Shown here piece after piece: positions 35,211-48,359 of a DNA stretch of 64,000 nt. Under the pieces are notes generated by a model, which had not been told where the DNA came from, searched no databases, and worked only from the letters and a program-made list of their open reading frames with translations. The first letter of the stretch is position 1. Each line of letters starts with the position of its first letter. The position numbers and the translations under genes were made by a program. Source of the stretch: Octopus sinensis (lineage: Eukaryota); NCBI RefSeq assembly GCF_006345805.1, contig NC_043011.1, positions 5,022,001 through 5,086,000 of the forward strand, read 5' to 3'.

Positions 35211-35829
35211 CTTGTTGCTGTTGTTTGCAAGTGAAAGACGTTGTTTCGGAGCTCGTAAGTTATTACTGAATTTTGTCACCAAGAAAGTAATTTTTGATTT
35301 TTCTGTACCATTTTGTTATTAAGTAAACCAACCTCTCTGAAGCTTGTTGGCTTTGTGAAATTATTGCCCCTTCGGGACGAATTTTTGAACTTTTTAGTGA
35401 AGTAGCATATTCAATAAATATTTTTAAAAGTGTTTCACAAATCCAAGTTAAGTTAGCTGTTCCAACAACCAATACATTATAATGTCCACTACTACATGTT
35501 AACAGAGACAACAACACCGTCGTAAACTTCACAGATGAAAACTAACACTTCCCTTATTGCGACCGAAACAACAATGGTCATAAAAAATAAAAGAAAGAAG
35601 AAGAACCAAACTTTCGCTTCAACATACCTGAAAACTGGACATCCGTCACCACCACCACCACCACCACCACCATCGCTATTAACAGCGACACAAATTATAA
35701 TCAAGACACCACAATTAACAAATCCAAATTCACCGAGCTTGCAAACATCTTGCGACAGGCGGAAGTATTAAATCCTTAAAATGTTTGAGCCCGAAGGCCG
35801 CGGCCATGCTGAGGCACGACCGCTATTGT

Positions 35830-36233
35830 TTTACTCTTTTACTTGTTTCTGTCATTTGACTGTGGCCATGCTGGAGCACCGCCTTTAGTCGAGCAAATCG
35901 ACCCCCAGGGCTTATTCTTTGTAAGCCTATTGGTGCCTTTTGCCGAACCACTAAGTTACGGGGACGTAAACACACCAGCATCGGTTGTCAAGCGATGTTG
36001 GGGGGGGGCGGCAAACACAGACACACAAACATATACACACACACATATACATATATATATACATATATACGACGGGATTCTTTCAGTTTCCGTCTATCAA
36101 ACCCACTGACAAGGCTTTGGTCGGCCCGAGGCTATAGTAGAAGACACCTACCCAAGGTGCCACGCAGTGGGACTGAACCCGGAACCATGTGGTTCGTAAG
36201 CAAGCTACTTACCACACAGCCACTCTTACGCCT
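35830..36233 (-). mobile_element. SINE family A, full length
   Basis: Homologous to the other SINE A copies. Confidence 0.9.
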
Positions 36234-36339
36234 GATAGTAACGTCTTCTTTCGTGGTCTAGCCGAAAAGTAGGATTAAATATTTCAGAATCCGTTCGACA
36301 AGAAAGCAATCTGGAAAACTAGCTTTAAGAATAATAGAA

Positions 36340-36720
36340 ACAGGAATACCCAACAATAAAGCAAGCGACAAAACAGTAAATAGTAAAGTATTTCGGGGCT
36401 GTTCTGGAGCACGAAATCGTGCGTAGCTGAGAGGCATGGTAGAAGTGAGATTCAATACAAAGGATGAGTCCAGGACACACACCACAGCACTATACAATGA
36501 CAAGATGGCCCTCATACAAATCTAATTTGGCCGTAGGATAAAGATTTACTCCCAGAAGTAAACATGTGCTGGATAGTTACAGCAAATGGAAGCACCCAAA
36601 CATGTCGTGTTGCGAAGGTGATGGGGAAGAAAGCAAATGGCAATAAGCAAGCAAGAAGAAGAAAAAAAGCGAAAAGATTCACGCCAAAAAAGAAAAAAAG
36701 AAGAGAAAAGAAAAAACTGG
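36340..36720 (+). mobile_element. Tx1/L1-type ORF1 remnant
   Basis: GMVEVRFNTKDE...ALYNDKMAL....GRRIKI aligns by eye with the other ORF1s. Confidence 0.5.
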
Positions 36721-38608
36721 CTGATGCCAACGGATGAAAGAAACGCTTCTCAACAAACCAGAGTTTAACCGCTCTGTCCGCCAGTGCTCCTCGGCGCCTA
36801 GAATGTCAAGTCCATGTCGACCACCGCTTTTGGGCGTCATGGCTTGCTTTTCTGTGAGTCTATCTGCAAGCCCGCTAACTTTTCTAAGTTGGTTTTTGCA
36901 CAGTCGACCTCGGCGGCATTTGAACTCAAAACGTAAAGAGCCGAATATTCTAGTATGTATTAATCAAAGGAAGAAAAATTACTGCAGAAACAGGGCTTCT
37001 TTCAGAGTATTACGTGCGACTCAGTGATGTATCACCATTCTTAAACAGGTTCTTTTGTGACACACCGCTGTCACACTTTCTTACCAAATAAACTCGATCC
37101 ATATCTAATATTTTCTTATTGTAAACTACGTCTAAAACGCTGCTTTCGTTTCTGCTATTCTCCGCCTTCAATATGTTCTAACATCCATGTTGTTATGGCA
37201 AAGCGAGCTGCAAAAGTGTTTGCTTTCTGCTGCAAAGCGTTCTATTTCACAATCCCACCTTTCTCACTCATTATGTTTGCTGAGATTTTCGGAGCGTTTC
37301 TCGAACGACGAAGCCATTTTCTTCGTATTACAAATGAAGTAACCATTATTATCTCACCAAAGCAATGTCTTTTTTTTTCTTCTTCTCAAACAACGAAGAA
37401 AATTGATGCAAAACGTAAATAGATACCTTTCTGCCGTAGTTGTCTCATGTAAAATAAACAGGTTTCGACTTGAATCCCACTCAGTAGATCCAACTCTTGC
37501 GGAGCTCAAGATAACACAACTCGACAAGCTCAGAATATAAGAAGGTGAGAAGAAAGAAGGAGGAGGGGTGAGAGAAGAGGCAGAGATGGAGGCGGGGAAG
37601 GGGAGGAGGCAAGGGAAGAGGAGGAAGAGGAGAAAGAGGAGAAGAAGACAGACAGGCAGATAGACAGGCAGATAGACAGATATCAAATGTGTTTGTTTAC
37701 ACAGAAAATCGAACAAGAAAAGGGAAAAAAATCAACAATAAAAAGCATGTAATATGAATATATATGGTGTACAAGTAATGAAAGATGATGATGTCAATGC
37801 AGGTATTATAACACAGGAGGAACTCTCTGTAGGACCAACCAAGGAACCCCACAGACTGACGCTGAATATTAAGAGCAAATGCACACTCCTGTTGTTGTTC
37901 AAAGGCCAACAAACGTATGCCGACCAGATTTTCCCTGTGGGAATGCATTGGATTATCCAGATCGTATCTCGATAGAGTATTTGTTTGAATACCCGATAAG
38001 AATAGTGTATGATAGCCACAGTTCAAATTGACCTCTAATTTGTGAACTGCTCGGTCAACTTAGATAGGACCATGTACCCTTAACGGTGAGCAAAACTATA
38101 GAGCCCGATTAGTGAATCTGTTAAGAAGCAGTTGACAGGAACAGTTATCAACTAGTGATGGTGACTCACCTTGAATAAAGTGATTAAAGTAGAATCTTTA
38201 GAGAAATAGCGACAGAGAGAAATACATTGGAGAAAAAGACCTGTTAGTAACCTAGAAGGGGCATCGCGATCAAAGTGCTAGCAGTGAGAATGATGTTTGA
38301 CAGTTTGTTCAGTGTGAAATACGGACACATTATCAGAGCTAAGGCATGTGCTCTAAAACACGAAGGAACAAAAGCTGTCCAATGACTGTGGAGATGCATT
38401 GTGACAATGGATTGCAATTGTCCCCAGATGTAGCTGTCTGCTAGTGCTTCAGTTTCCGTGAACTTTTTCGGTATTGTTTTTGGTCTGCCATTCTTCTTTC
38501 TCCTATAGGATGTCCATCGGAGGTTTTACCTTCTAATGCTGGAAACAGGTTTACGTAGAAGATATTGATTTCACTGAGGCCATTGTCGTTCTCTCCCGGC
38601 AATGCACT

Positions 38609-41352
38609 TGTAGTGAACCTACAACGGCGCGCGCTCGCGCACTGTCCATTTGTATTTCGCGCGTGTTGGTGCCTTCACCAAGAGAAAGGAAGGGCCCTCT
38701 CGCGCATGCGCGAACCACCGGAAGCACGACCCGCTTGCCTATCGTGGTAGTTAGCGAGGCAAGGGGGTCGTAGAACGTTTGACCACTAGCAGCAGTCATC
38801 GAGGACTTGGGACAGCAGCGATTGAAGGGGACGGACGTATATTTTCTAGCTGTTCAGCTTTGATAGCAGTCGGCCGAATGCCTTTAACCAAATTGTTGCC
38901 GACCACATTCAACTTCCCTGTTCGACGCCATCTTGAATCCGTTTCTGTTTTGGGCGGCTGGACGATTGTAAATATTACAATCTATTAACTTTCAGCCTTG
39001 CGCGCCCAGAATCAAGGACATCAGATAACACACTTATTGTTATTGTTTACCAAGAAAGAGAATAAAGTAGTTATATATATTTCACGTCTGCGTCTTGTTG
39101 TTTCTGACTTGTAGAGAATCTGGATTATTAAAGCAACGGCTAGTGAGTGATTGCTTTGTGCACCCCAAAAGTGCACTAGGATATTCATCTCACGTTAAGT
39201 TCGTTACACTGGTGGACTCCCGACGTGATTCTGGTCTAAAACCAGAGATCACTTAACAACAAAAAAATCCAGTTTTTCTGCGAAGTCGGAACACGATTTA
39301 ACTCTACGCATTCATCTTTCGACGATTTGTTTCCGGCCACCACAAAGTTGTAGAAGGAGCCTCTTTCTTCTTCTACAGCCATGATGACGGACGCCATCAT
39401 ATATTCCATGCCTTTTCTCCACCTTCGTCATCATCATCGTCGTCTTTCTACTTCACGTCGTCGCTATCTTCGTCGCCATCATCACTAAGAACGATGTTGT
39501 CCCAAGTCCACTACAGTCGCCTTCCACCACCAACGTTGCCTTTCAACACCGTCGACCTCCACCAAGATGTACATGGCAACTCGCGGAAGTTTGGTCCACT
39601 TGCCGTTTGTGCATATGCACACCAAGGATTCACAGCACCGTCTATCTACGAGATTCTTCTGTTCCAGTTAACCTGTCACAGCATCGATGCCACAACCGTT
39701 ACACGATATGTGTTCAACCGGCATCTGCATTTGTGATTTCAACATTTCTGTTACAGAACGAACTGCTATTGTACATCAGGCTATTACAGACTGGTAAATT
39801 AATTCTTGTTTGAAATAGCCCTTGAGAGACATTTTTTCTATGCGCTGTTTTTATATTTTGCTCGCATTCACCTTGTATGTATTTCTGTCGCACACACGTA
39901 CACACACATAAATGCTCTCTCTCACATACATACGTCACACATGCTTTTCTCGCTTGTTTGTTCCATGCTAAATTTGCCTTTTGTGGACACCCCTCATTTC
40001 TATAGACCCTAGGTCGGTCACGTATACATAGAGAGGGTTGTTTGTCCATTATAACGCGCCAGCATGTCATACTTTTGTTCCTGTACGAACGAGGCATATA
40101 ATCGCTCAACCACTGGCATATTCTTGCTGTTTTTTCGGTCTGGCAAGCACTATTGCATTTCATGCGCCTTTTGCTTCGCACGTGTATTGCCTTGGTTTTG
40201 CAATACGTTTGCGTTAGCCTAATTCTTTTCCCGACTCATAGACGTCGGATGTTCAAATGCGCTGCGCCGATTTATAGGCGTAATTATTTTTCCCTGTTAG
40301 ATCACTGTTTGGTCACGTAATTAACAGAAAATTATCTGTGTCGCGCATCACACCAGCATGTTTGCACTTTTGCCTTTTGTGTTACTAGCGAGCTTCTGTC
40401 AATTCCATTTTCTCTCCTGCAGCAATTGATTTAACTGCTATTTTGCAGGATCAACCACCTTTAGAGAAGTTGGATTTTAATTTCGTTTAAGTTCATTAAC
40501 TGTGAGTTTTGCTTTCCCTCCGCTCCTTTCAGCGGAAGGCTCTATACTTTGTGACGTATACACTTTCATGCATGCACTCTTGATTTTTGCTCATTGAGTA
40601 TTTTTTCTCTTTTTCCTTTAGTAAATTTCTTGTGTATGTTATAAATTTTGCCATGATATTATTGTGTGCTATTTGGTTATCTGGTGTCCACCTTGAGTTT
40701 TGCAGTCACTACAATAAGTTTCCTTTCGTGCGTACGCACTGGAGGGGAGCCTGTAGTGAACCTACAACGGCGCGCGCTCGCGCACTGTCCATTTGTATTT
40801 CGCGCGTGTTGGTGCCTTCACCAAGAGAAAGGAAGGGCCCTCTCGCGCATGCGCGAACCACCGGAAGCACGACCCGCTTGCCTATCGTGGTAGTTAGCGA
40901 GGCAAGGGGGTCGTAGAACGTTTGACCACTAGCAGCAGTCATCGAGGACTTGGGACAGCAGCGATTGAAGGGGACGGACGTATATTTTCTAGCTGTTCAG
41001 CTTTGATAGCAGTCGGCCGAATGCCTTTAACCAAATTGTTGCCGACCACATTCAACTTCCCTGTTCGACGCCATCTTGAATCCGTTTCTGTTTTGGGCGG
41101 CTGGACGATTGTAAATATTACAATCTATTAACTTTCAGCCTTGCGCGCCCAGAATCAAGGACATCAGATAACACACTTATTGTTATTGTTTACCAAGAAA
41201 GAGAATAAAGTAGTTATATATATTTCACGTCTGCGTCTTGTTGTTTCTGACTAGTAGAGATTCTGGATAATTAAAGCAACGGCTAGTGAGTGATTGCTTT
41301 GTGCACCCCAAAAGTGCACGAAGATGTTCACACATCACACAAGCTCGTTACA
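38609..41352 (+). mobile_element. Short non-autonomous LTR retroelement (Gypsy-like) with two LTRs
   Basis: LTRs 38609-39208 and 40752-41352 (TG...CA); 4-bp TSD CACT; PBS TGGTGGACTCCCGACGTGAT (39210-39229), near-complementary to the tRNA-Trp 3' end; PPT GGAGGGGAG (40741-40749); 1.5-kb interior with only a gag-like remnant (TWQLAEV). Confidence 0.9.
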
Positions 41353-42439
41353 CACTGATGTGGAGGAGAAGCTCACAGCAATGAACGTAACATCTATGGG
41401 AAGCGTCATCATTAAGGAAGGCAGAATAGATGAAGACGTGGAAACAAGGATGCTCAGAACCATCTGGCAATCACGGACCTTTAGGATCTTTAACGTATGC
41501 CGACTAGATTTCCCTTATGGACTGCATTGAATTAACCAGATCGTATCTAGAGAGAGTATTTGTTTGAACACCCGATAAGAATAGTGTATGATAGCCACTG
41601 GTTTATATTTTTAAAGCATCTTTTATGGGGATATGATGAAGGATAAGAGTCATAACAAACAACAGAAAATTTCTGCGAATGCTGTTATTTTCAATGTTTC
41701 AAGATGTTTTCTAACGTAACAAAATAATCCCAGATTCTCAAACATCTTGTTGCACTGAATATTTTACAAGTAATTGAAAATTTGCTATAGATACAGTAAT
41801 AATGATTATGACAGCAGAATGACACGTCTCTATTCCAGCCACATTTTGTATTTCAATGAATCAATTCAAAAAACTTGGAATCCTTCGCAGCAGTTTTCCA
41901 CAGCATCCGGGAAGCCTATGCCCCAGGCGTGACTTTGATCTTTTTTTAATATGGAATTTCTTCTCCCTTCCAGCTGTTTCAAACTATTATGGGATCATTC
42001 CAAATATTATGAAAACCTACGCTCTGTATATTTGAGGCAGGGTTTACCTCCAAATTAGAAATATTTTATTCCTATATTAGATAAACGGGGAAGTGGTTGT
42101 TAAACCCAGTGTAAACTTTGCAGAAAATACGGAAGTACTTAATCGATCAATCATTTTGCTACTTCCGTTTTTTTATTCTCGATGACAGGAGTTGTCTTGT
42201 AACTATAGTTAGAGATATCCCAGCTGTTGTAAAATGCATCTTATCTAATGATTTAGGGGGGGGGGGTTCGGTGTTAATGTAAATCTTTTGTCGGTACAAA
42301 ACAGATTTTTCGCCTGTTCGTTATACCGTTGTTTTCTCATTTTTTTTTATGTTTGGAAGTTATTTTACTCTGTTTAGTAGTAGAGGTCATCAAATACATT
42401 ACGTTGTAGGAACTATTTACTAATCTATACAACTACTAT

Positions 42440-42630
42440 TGTTGTTTCTGTAGCCTGCTGTTGTTTTTGAGTCTCTGCTGCTTCTTTTGCAATCGCTGTT
42501 GTTGTTTTTGTTATTATTGTTTCTGCTGCTGCTGTTGTTGTTGTTGTTGTTTGTGATGGTGGTGATGTTGTTGTTGTTGTTGGTGGTGGTAGTGCTGCTG
42601 CTGCTGCTGTTGATGCTGCTGCTGCTGTAT
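42440..42630. repeat. (GTT)n/(GCT)n degenerate trinucleotide tract
   Basis: Direct reading of sequence. Confidence 0.9.
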
Positions 42631-43030
42631 ATGTCTGTAGCACTTGAGGCGGCGTCTTATTTTCGCCCTGAGCCATTGACTGGAAGCTCTTAGTTGATTT
42701 GCGGTACCATATCTATAGCACCTTCACTTTCTGTCCCTCATCGTCACAGACCGCTGGGAACCATTTCGCAGTTTGATCGAATCGGAGATGAATTCGAAAC
42801 TTTCTGGAACCATCTAAATGGATCCCCATTTTCTGCCACTTTGTGTGCTTAATTACGTAATATTCTTAGAATACATCACCAACTGCTTTGACGATTTTGT
42901 TATTTTTACTTAACAACACTTCAATTGATGTGTCGGATTTTTCGACTTCCTTTGATGTTTTCTTTCTCAACTTTGAAATCTATTATTTCCCCGATAAAAT
43001 CAAGATGGATTTGAATATATCCTTAATGAT

Positions 43031-43069
43031 AGACGTAGGAGTGGCTGTGTGGTAAGTAGCTTCTTACCA
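43031..43069 (+). mobile_element. SINE family A head (split; remainder at 45073-45548)
   Basis: AGACGTAGGAGTGGCTGTGTGGTAAGTAGCTTCTTACCA; the SINE continues after the 2-kb insertion. Confidence 0.85.
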
Positions 43070-45072
43070 GACAGACGTGCTGTTTTTTGCTCCGGCAAAT
43101 GTCACGTGTTAACGTGAACTATTGAACATTTGACTCGACTACAGGTAGGCGTTTTGTATTTTTAGGAGCGAAGTGAAGTCTATTGCTTGCATTTAATGTT
43201 TTTTAGCATTAAATATTTTTTAGCAGATAATAAACTCCACTTTGCTCCAGATATAATTTTTCTGCCTGTTGTCGAGTGTAAAGACTCACTTTGCAGTGAG
43301 AATTGTATTTTTAAAGCGGCGTAGTCCGTCTGCAAAAATTGTTTTTGAAATTGTCTTTGTGTTATCCACGGGAATTACCAAGGAGTACCAAGGATTATTT
43401 TACCAAAGTGTTTTACCAGCTGTACATTTGGCCTTGAATACAATTTTTTGGCCGAAAAAAGTGAAAAGAAAAAAAAATAATTAACTTTTAGTTGAACTGT
43501 GTTGCCATTATTTGAACTGTCTTCTTCGTTCTTTTCTCTGTTCTGTCTTTCTGTTCTGTCATTGTGTTTTTTTCTTATTGGACTTTGAACTTTTAGTTGA
43601 ACTTTTTTTCAAAATCATGGCAACAAAAGAAACCACTGCTTTGGAATGGGAGGTTGTCCCACCCAAGCAGTGGATTGAAAGTCTTGAGAAGAGGACGGTG
43701 GTCCTACGAACCTATACTAGGTCGCGTGGAGCTATCGCCCTCTTCGACAGGAGCACCATAGAGAAAGAGTTGGGGGACCACCTACCAACGATAAAGTTTA
43801 TTTCTCGGGGGAATAAATTTGCAACGGTGTGGTTGCTGTTTAATACCCCCGAGGAAGCTAGCAGATTTGCTAGCGAGCCACTGGAGGGAGAGGAAATTTT
43901 GTTCCTCCCCTCGTATTGTGGAAGAAAAGTAAAAAGAGCCTGGGTTTGTGGGCTGCCCCCCGGCACGGAGGCGGAATGGATCGAGAAGACCATCCGGCGA
44001 CGCCTGGGGGATAGCGGACCCAGACTACTGAGTGTGAAAATGGCTCCCGCGGTCGCCTGGGAGGGGTCAAAGGCAACTTTGACCCTGTGGACACCGGTGG
44101 CCGTGGGAGAAATGAAATTCCCGGACTTCCTGAGAATGGCTGGGCACAGGTACCCGGTGATACTCGAGGGTTGCCCCCCCCAAGTGTCACCTGTGCTTGA
44201 AGCCCGGACATATCAAGAAGAATTGTCCCGGGGGCCGTGGTGGTGCCCCGGAGCATGAAGGGGAAAAGGCGCCCGCCGCCCCCTCATTGGAGGGGGAAAC
44301 GGTGGAAGTCGTGGAGGAGGTTGCCTCCACGAAAAGAAAGAGACAGGCCAGCAACAATGGTTGCTCGCCAAAGAACGCTCAGGTGGCGGAGGGGGATAGC
44401 GATCCCCCGTGTCTGGTGACGGAGTCCCCTGGGTCAGCAGCCTCCCCCAAAAGAAGGAGGAGAAAAAGAAAGAGAGGTCGGGCGGCTGATATCCATGAGC
44501 CGCAGACGTTGGCGGGAACTGTGCCGCCAACGAAAGAACTGGTATTGGTCCTTTTCTATAGAGGAGGAGAAATTGAAAAAAAAATGATGGAAGAGTACCA
44601 CAAGGGAGCTCCTTTAGCCTTCACACAGGACACCGAATGGCCTCCGCAGATAGCTGTGGAGGCCGTGGCGTTCGACGTGACGCTTGGGCTAAAGGAGCTC
44701 AATGAAGATTATAGCTTGGTCCCGGGCGACGCGAACTCGGAACTTGATTACGTTCTGAGGGAGGCGTGTATTTTGGTGAGGGCGCGGGCACAAGCTATTT
44801 CGAGGACGATATGTAATTATTGAACTGTTAGTATTAATAATGGACTGCTAAGTCCAAAAATTGGAAAAATTGTAAGAGGATTAATACCTCGTTTTGTGTT
44901 TATCCTTTTAAAAAGAACAATGTTTTAGAGAAGCGAAAGTCGCCGGGCGCTTTTTGTCTTCTCCCATCCTCATCATCTGTCTTTCATTATCATTCACTTC
45001 ATTAATGTCCTCGTCCAGCCCGCAAAGCTAACTTAATCTGTGTACTGCCTTTATGGCAAATGTTTTGAAATA
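43070..45072 (+). mobile_element. ORF1-only (HAL1-like) retroelement, 2003 bp, inserted in a SINE A head
   Basis: TSD AAGTAGCTT(A)CTTACCA at 43054-43069 and 45073-45089; 5' UTR, one ORF1, short 3' UTR with AATAAA at 45069; no ORF2. Confidence 0.85.
43617..44823 (+). pseudogene. Tx1/L1-type ORF1 protein (RRM-like region + CX2CX4HX4C knuckle) with one frameshift
   Basis: ATG 43617; removing one C from the C8 run at 44174-44181 joins ...VILEGCPP to KCHLCLKPGHIKKNCP... giving a 401-aa ORF. Confidence 0.8.
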
Positions 45073-45249
45073 AAGTAGCTTACTTACCAAAAACATGGTT
45101 CCGGGTTCAGTCCTACTGCGTGGCACCTTGGGCAAGTGTCTTCTACTATAGCCACGGGTCGACCAAAGCCTTGTGAGAGGATTTGGTAGACGGAAACTGA
45201 AAGAATCCCGTCGTATATATGTATGTATGTATATATATGTATATATATG

Positions 45250-45285
<36 letters not shown>

Positions 45286-45548
45286 TGTATGTATGTATGT
45301 ATGTTTGTATGTATGTATGTATGTATGTGTATATGTTTGTGTGTCTATGTTTGTCCCCCCCCCCAACATCCAACATCGCTTGATAACCGATGCTGGTGTG
45401 TTTACGTCCCTGTAACTTAGCGGTTCGGCAAAAGAGACCGATGGAATAAGTACTAGGCTTGCAAATAAGTCCTGGGGTTGATTTGCTCGACTGAAGGCGG
45501 TGCTCCAGCATGGCCACAGTCAAATGATTGAAGCAAGTAAAAGAGTAA
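45073..45548 (+). mobile_element. SINE family A body and tail
   Basis: Continuation of 43031-43069; internal (TATG)n. Confidence 0.9.
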
Positions 45549-45954
45549 TGTTCTGCAATACAATGGAGCGAGAGAATTAAAAAAAACATGTTGCAGGCAA
45601 CATTTATGGAGAAAGAACATTCTGAAAGCCGCTAACGTTCTCAATATTCGGCAGTCGAAAAAATAATTAAAAACAATGGCGTTACAGCGTAAAAACGATT
45701 AAAACAAAACAAAGCTAAAGGAAAAAGACGCACAGCCTGAAAAATTACAGAACCTTCCCCCCAATAACAGCAACATCAGCAACAGCAAGCGGAACAAAAA
45801 ATAGTAGCACCATCACCATCACCATCACCACCAACATCAACATCAACAATATCACTTCTAACACGGCGAACAATGAAAACAATAAATACATCGACAACAA
45901 CGACAAGAAGAATAGGGAAAATTTTCCAAGCTTGGTAATCTGGAGGTAGTTAAG

Positions 45955-45957
45955 CTA

Positions 45958-45988
<31 letters not shown>

Positions 45989-46330
45989 GTCATCATCATC
46001 ATCATCATCATCTACATCATCATCATCATCCTCATCATCCTCATCATCTTCATCATTATCATCATCATCATCATCTACATCATCATCATCATCATCATCA
46101 TAATCATCGTCATCATCATCATCATCATCTACATCATCATCATCATCCTCATCATCCTCATCATTATCATCATCATCCTCATCATCTACATCATCATAAT
46201 CATCACCATCATCATCGTCGTCATCATCATCCTCATCATCATCCTCATCAACTAACAACAACAACAACAACAACAACAGCAACGACGACGACGACGACGA
46301 CAACAACGATAACAGCACCACTGCCTTCAC
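45955..46330. repeat. (CAT)n/(CAA)n/(CGA)n trinucleotide tract
   Basis: Direct reading of sequence. Confidence 0.95.
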
Positions 46331-46619
46331 AACCACCACCTCTGACACTAGCGACACCACTACAATTGCATTCACTGTGGCTTCAAGAATTATCATCACA
46401 GGCAACAACAACAACAACACAAACGTTTCCACCAAAAACAAGCTACAAAAGCGATCTTCTTTGCAGGAATGTCAAAGTTCGGTGAGCAAGTGCTGTGGAA
46501 TATAAACACAAGAACCCGGGCTATGCAGAAGCGCTCGTCAAAAGAGAGAGAGAGAGAAAGAAAGAGTGAGAGAGGAGGAGAAAGAGAGAAAAGGGGGAGA
46601 GTGCACATGAGCAATCGGT

Positions 46620-46930
46620 TTTCAGTTCCTTTTAAACTACTGGATAGAATTTCAAGAGAAACATGGATGATTCATTCGTCATCCTTAAACAAACCTTATT
46701 CAGGGACATTTTGAGCGGGATGAGCTACTCGGCCTGAGGAGAATTCTAACTGGGTCCAACCTACAAGGTTATGCGCTGTTTATCTTGATATCAAAATCAC
46801 CACGTCATGCATATGTGGTTGTGATACATGTACCTGGTGTACCCTTATCAGATGGGTATCCATGATGGGTATATTGGGTTTTTTATATTTGTAATCCTAG
46901 CACTACTTTGATGGCATGCATTGTTCTCTC
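46620..46930 (+). mobile_element. Family D element, diverged partial copy
   Basis: Matches the 3' half of 46944-47452 with many substitutions; ends in (ATC)n. Confidence 0.7.
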
Positions 46931-46943
46931 ATCATCATCATCA

Positions 46944-47450
46944 AGTGGCTTCTGATCTTAACTGATTGGAAGTGTTATCATGTACATTGTTTTGTCTCAG
47001 TATAAAAGATGGGCTACAGCAAATATTCTGCTTAATACCACAGATTTGCTTGTCAGTTGTTTGACCTTAACCAGTTGAGCATGTCCCTTAGTGGCATCTC
47101 TGATCACGAGCAGAAGTAGTGGGGAGCATCATAGCCATGTGTTGAGAGGGATTCTTTGGAGTTTGAATAGTTCACCTCTGGAAACATGGATGGTTCGTTT
47201 AACATCCTTAACCCTTATTCAGGGACCTTTTGAGTGGGATGGATTACTCGACCAGAAGAAAATTCTAACTGGGCCCCACCTGCAAGGTCATGTGCAGTTT
47301 ATCTTGATATGAGATCACCATGTCATTCACATATGGTTGTGATGCATGTGCCTGGTGTACCCTTTTCAGACAGGTAGTCATGATGGGTATACTGGGCTTT
47401 GTATATTTTACCCCAGTGTCACTTTGATGGCATGCACTGCTCTCTCTCTC

Positions 47451-47452
<2 letters not shown>
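46944..47452 (+). mobile_element. Family D element, near full length
   Basis: Reverse complement of 26400-26930; followed by (TAA)n. Confidence 0.85.
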
Positions 47453-47500
<48 letters not shown>

Positions 47501-47504
47501 TATA

Positions 47505-47893
47505 TATATAAAGATCTGGAAATAGAAATCAGCAAAATGTGGAACCTGAAGACTAAAACAATACCTGTTGTCATAGGTGCCCTGGGAATGATAGCAAAAG
47601 GGGCTGATTGCTACCTAACTCAGATATCAGGAAACCCCAAAATGGCAGAAATTCAAAAGATAGTGCTCATGGGAACTGCTCATATCCTACGTTATATACT
47701 TTCTATGTAATCTCAAATTTTAAAACAAACATAAGTTTCATTTTTTTTAAGACATTCACTAGTATAACACTAAATACAAAACCAAATATATGGCACACTA
47801 GGCATAACATGAACTTCCAACCTGTTGTCTCTTGAGGTATCTGGATGAGACTCGGAGCCAACTTGTACAAATATAAAGCAAAAGTCAAACATA
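47505..47893 (+). mobile_element. R4/Dong-clade 3' end
   Basis: KDLEIEISKMWNLKTKTIPVVIGALG...GTAHILR, 3' UTR, (TAA)n tail. Confidence 0.85.
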
Positions 47894-47895
47894 TG

Positions 47896-47939
<44 letters not shown>

Positions 47940-48240
47940 CCTGTAAAATTTGAAATAGGAAGGATTTGGAGTATGAGAACTGTCAAGGTCGTGCCTATAA
48001 TAACTGGTGCGTTGGCAGTAGTAAGCAGAAATATAGACAAATGACTGAAGGAAATCGGAATAGAATGCCCTGCGGAGCTCCTACAAATAGTTTGTGTCTT
48101 AGGAACAGCAAGGATTATCCAGGAGCATTCTAAGCACTTGAAAGACTACTGAAGATCTGTGGATACTTAAGATTACTGGTCGTAACCCTCTACCCATATG
48201 AATCCTACCAGGAATAAGACCGAACCTGAGTCCAACCAAT
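47940..48240 (+). mobile_element. Second R4/Dong-family 3' end
   Basis: FEIGRIW...VVPIITGAL...IECPAELLQIVCVLGTARII, followed by (TAA)-rich tail. Confidence 0.7.
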
Positions 48241-48359
48241 GATAATAATATTGTTATCAGGGACAACTTAAGCGGATTCCTGACATGTAATGTTACTTGT
48301 CGTAGCTTTATGTTAGGATTCTTTCCCTTTTCCAGCAGTCTAATCTGTTGTGTGTATAT

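Noticed and set aside
45950-46441. 163-aa ORF with a long poly-Asp run
   Set aside because: Product of the (CAT)n microsatellite; no domain or splice support.
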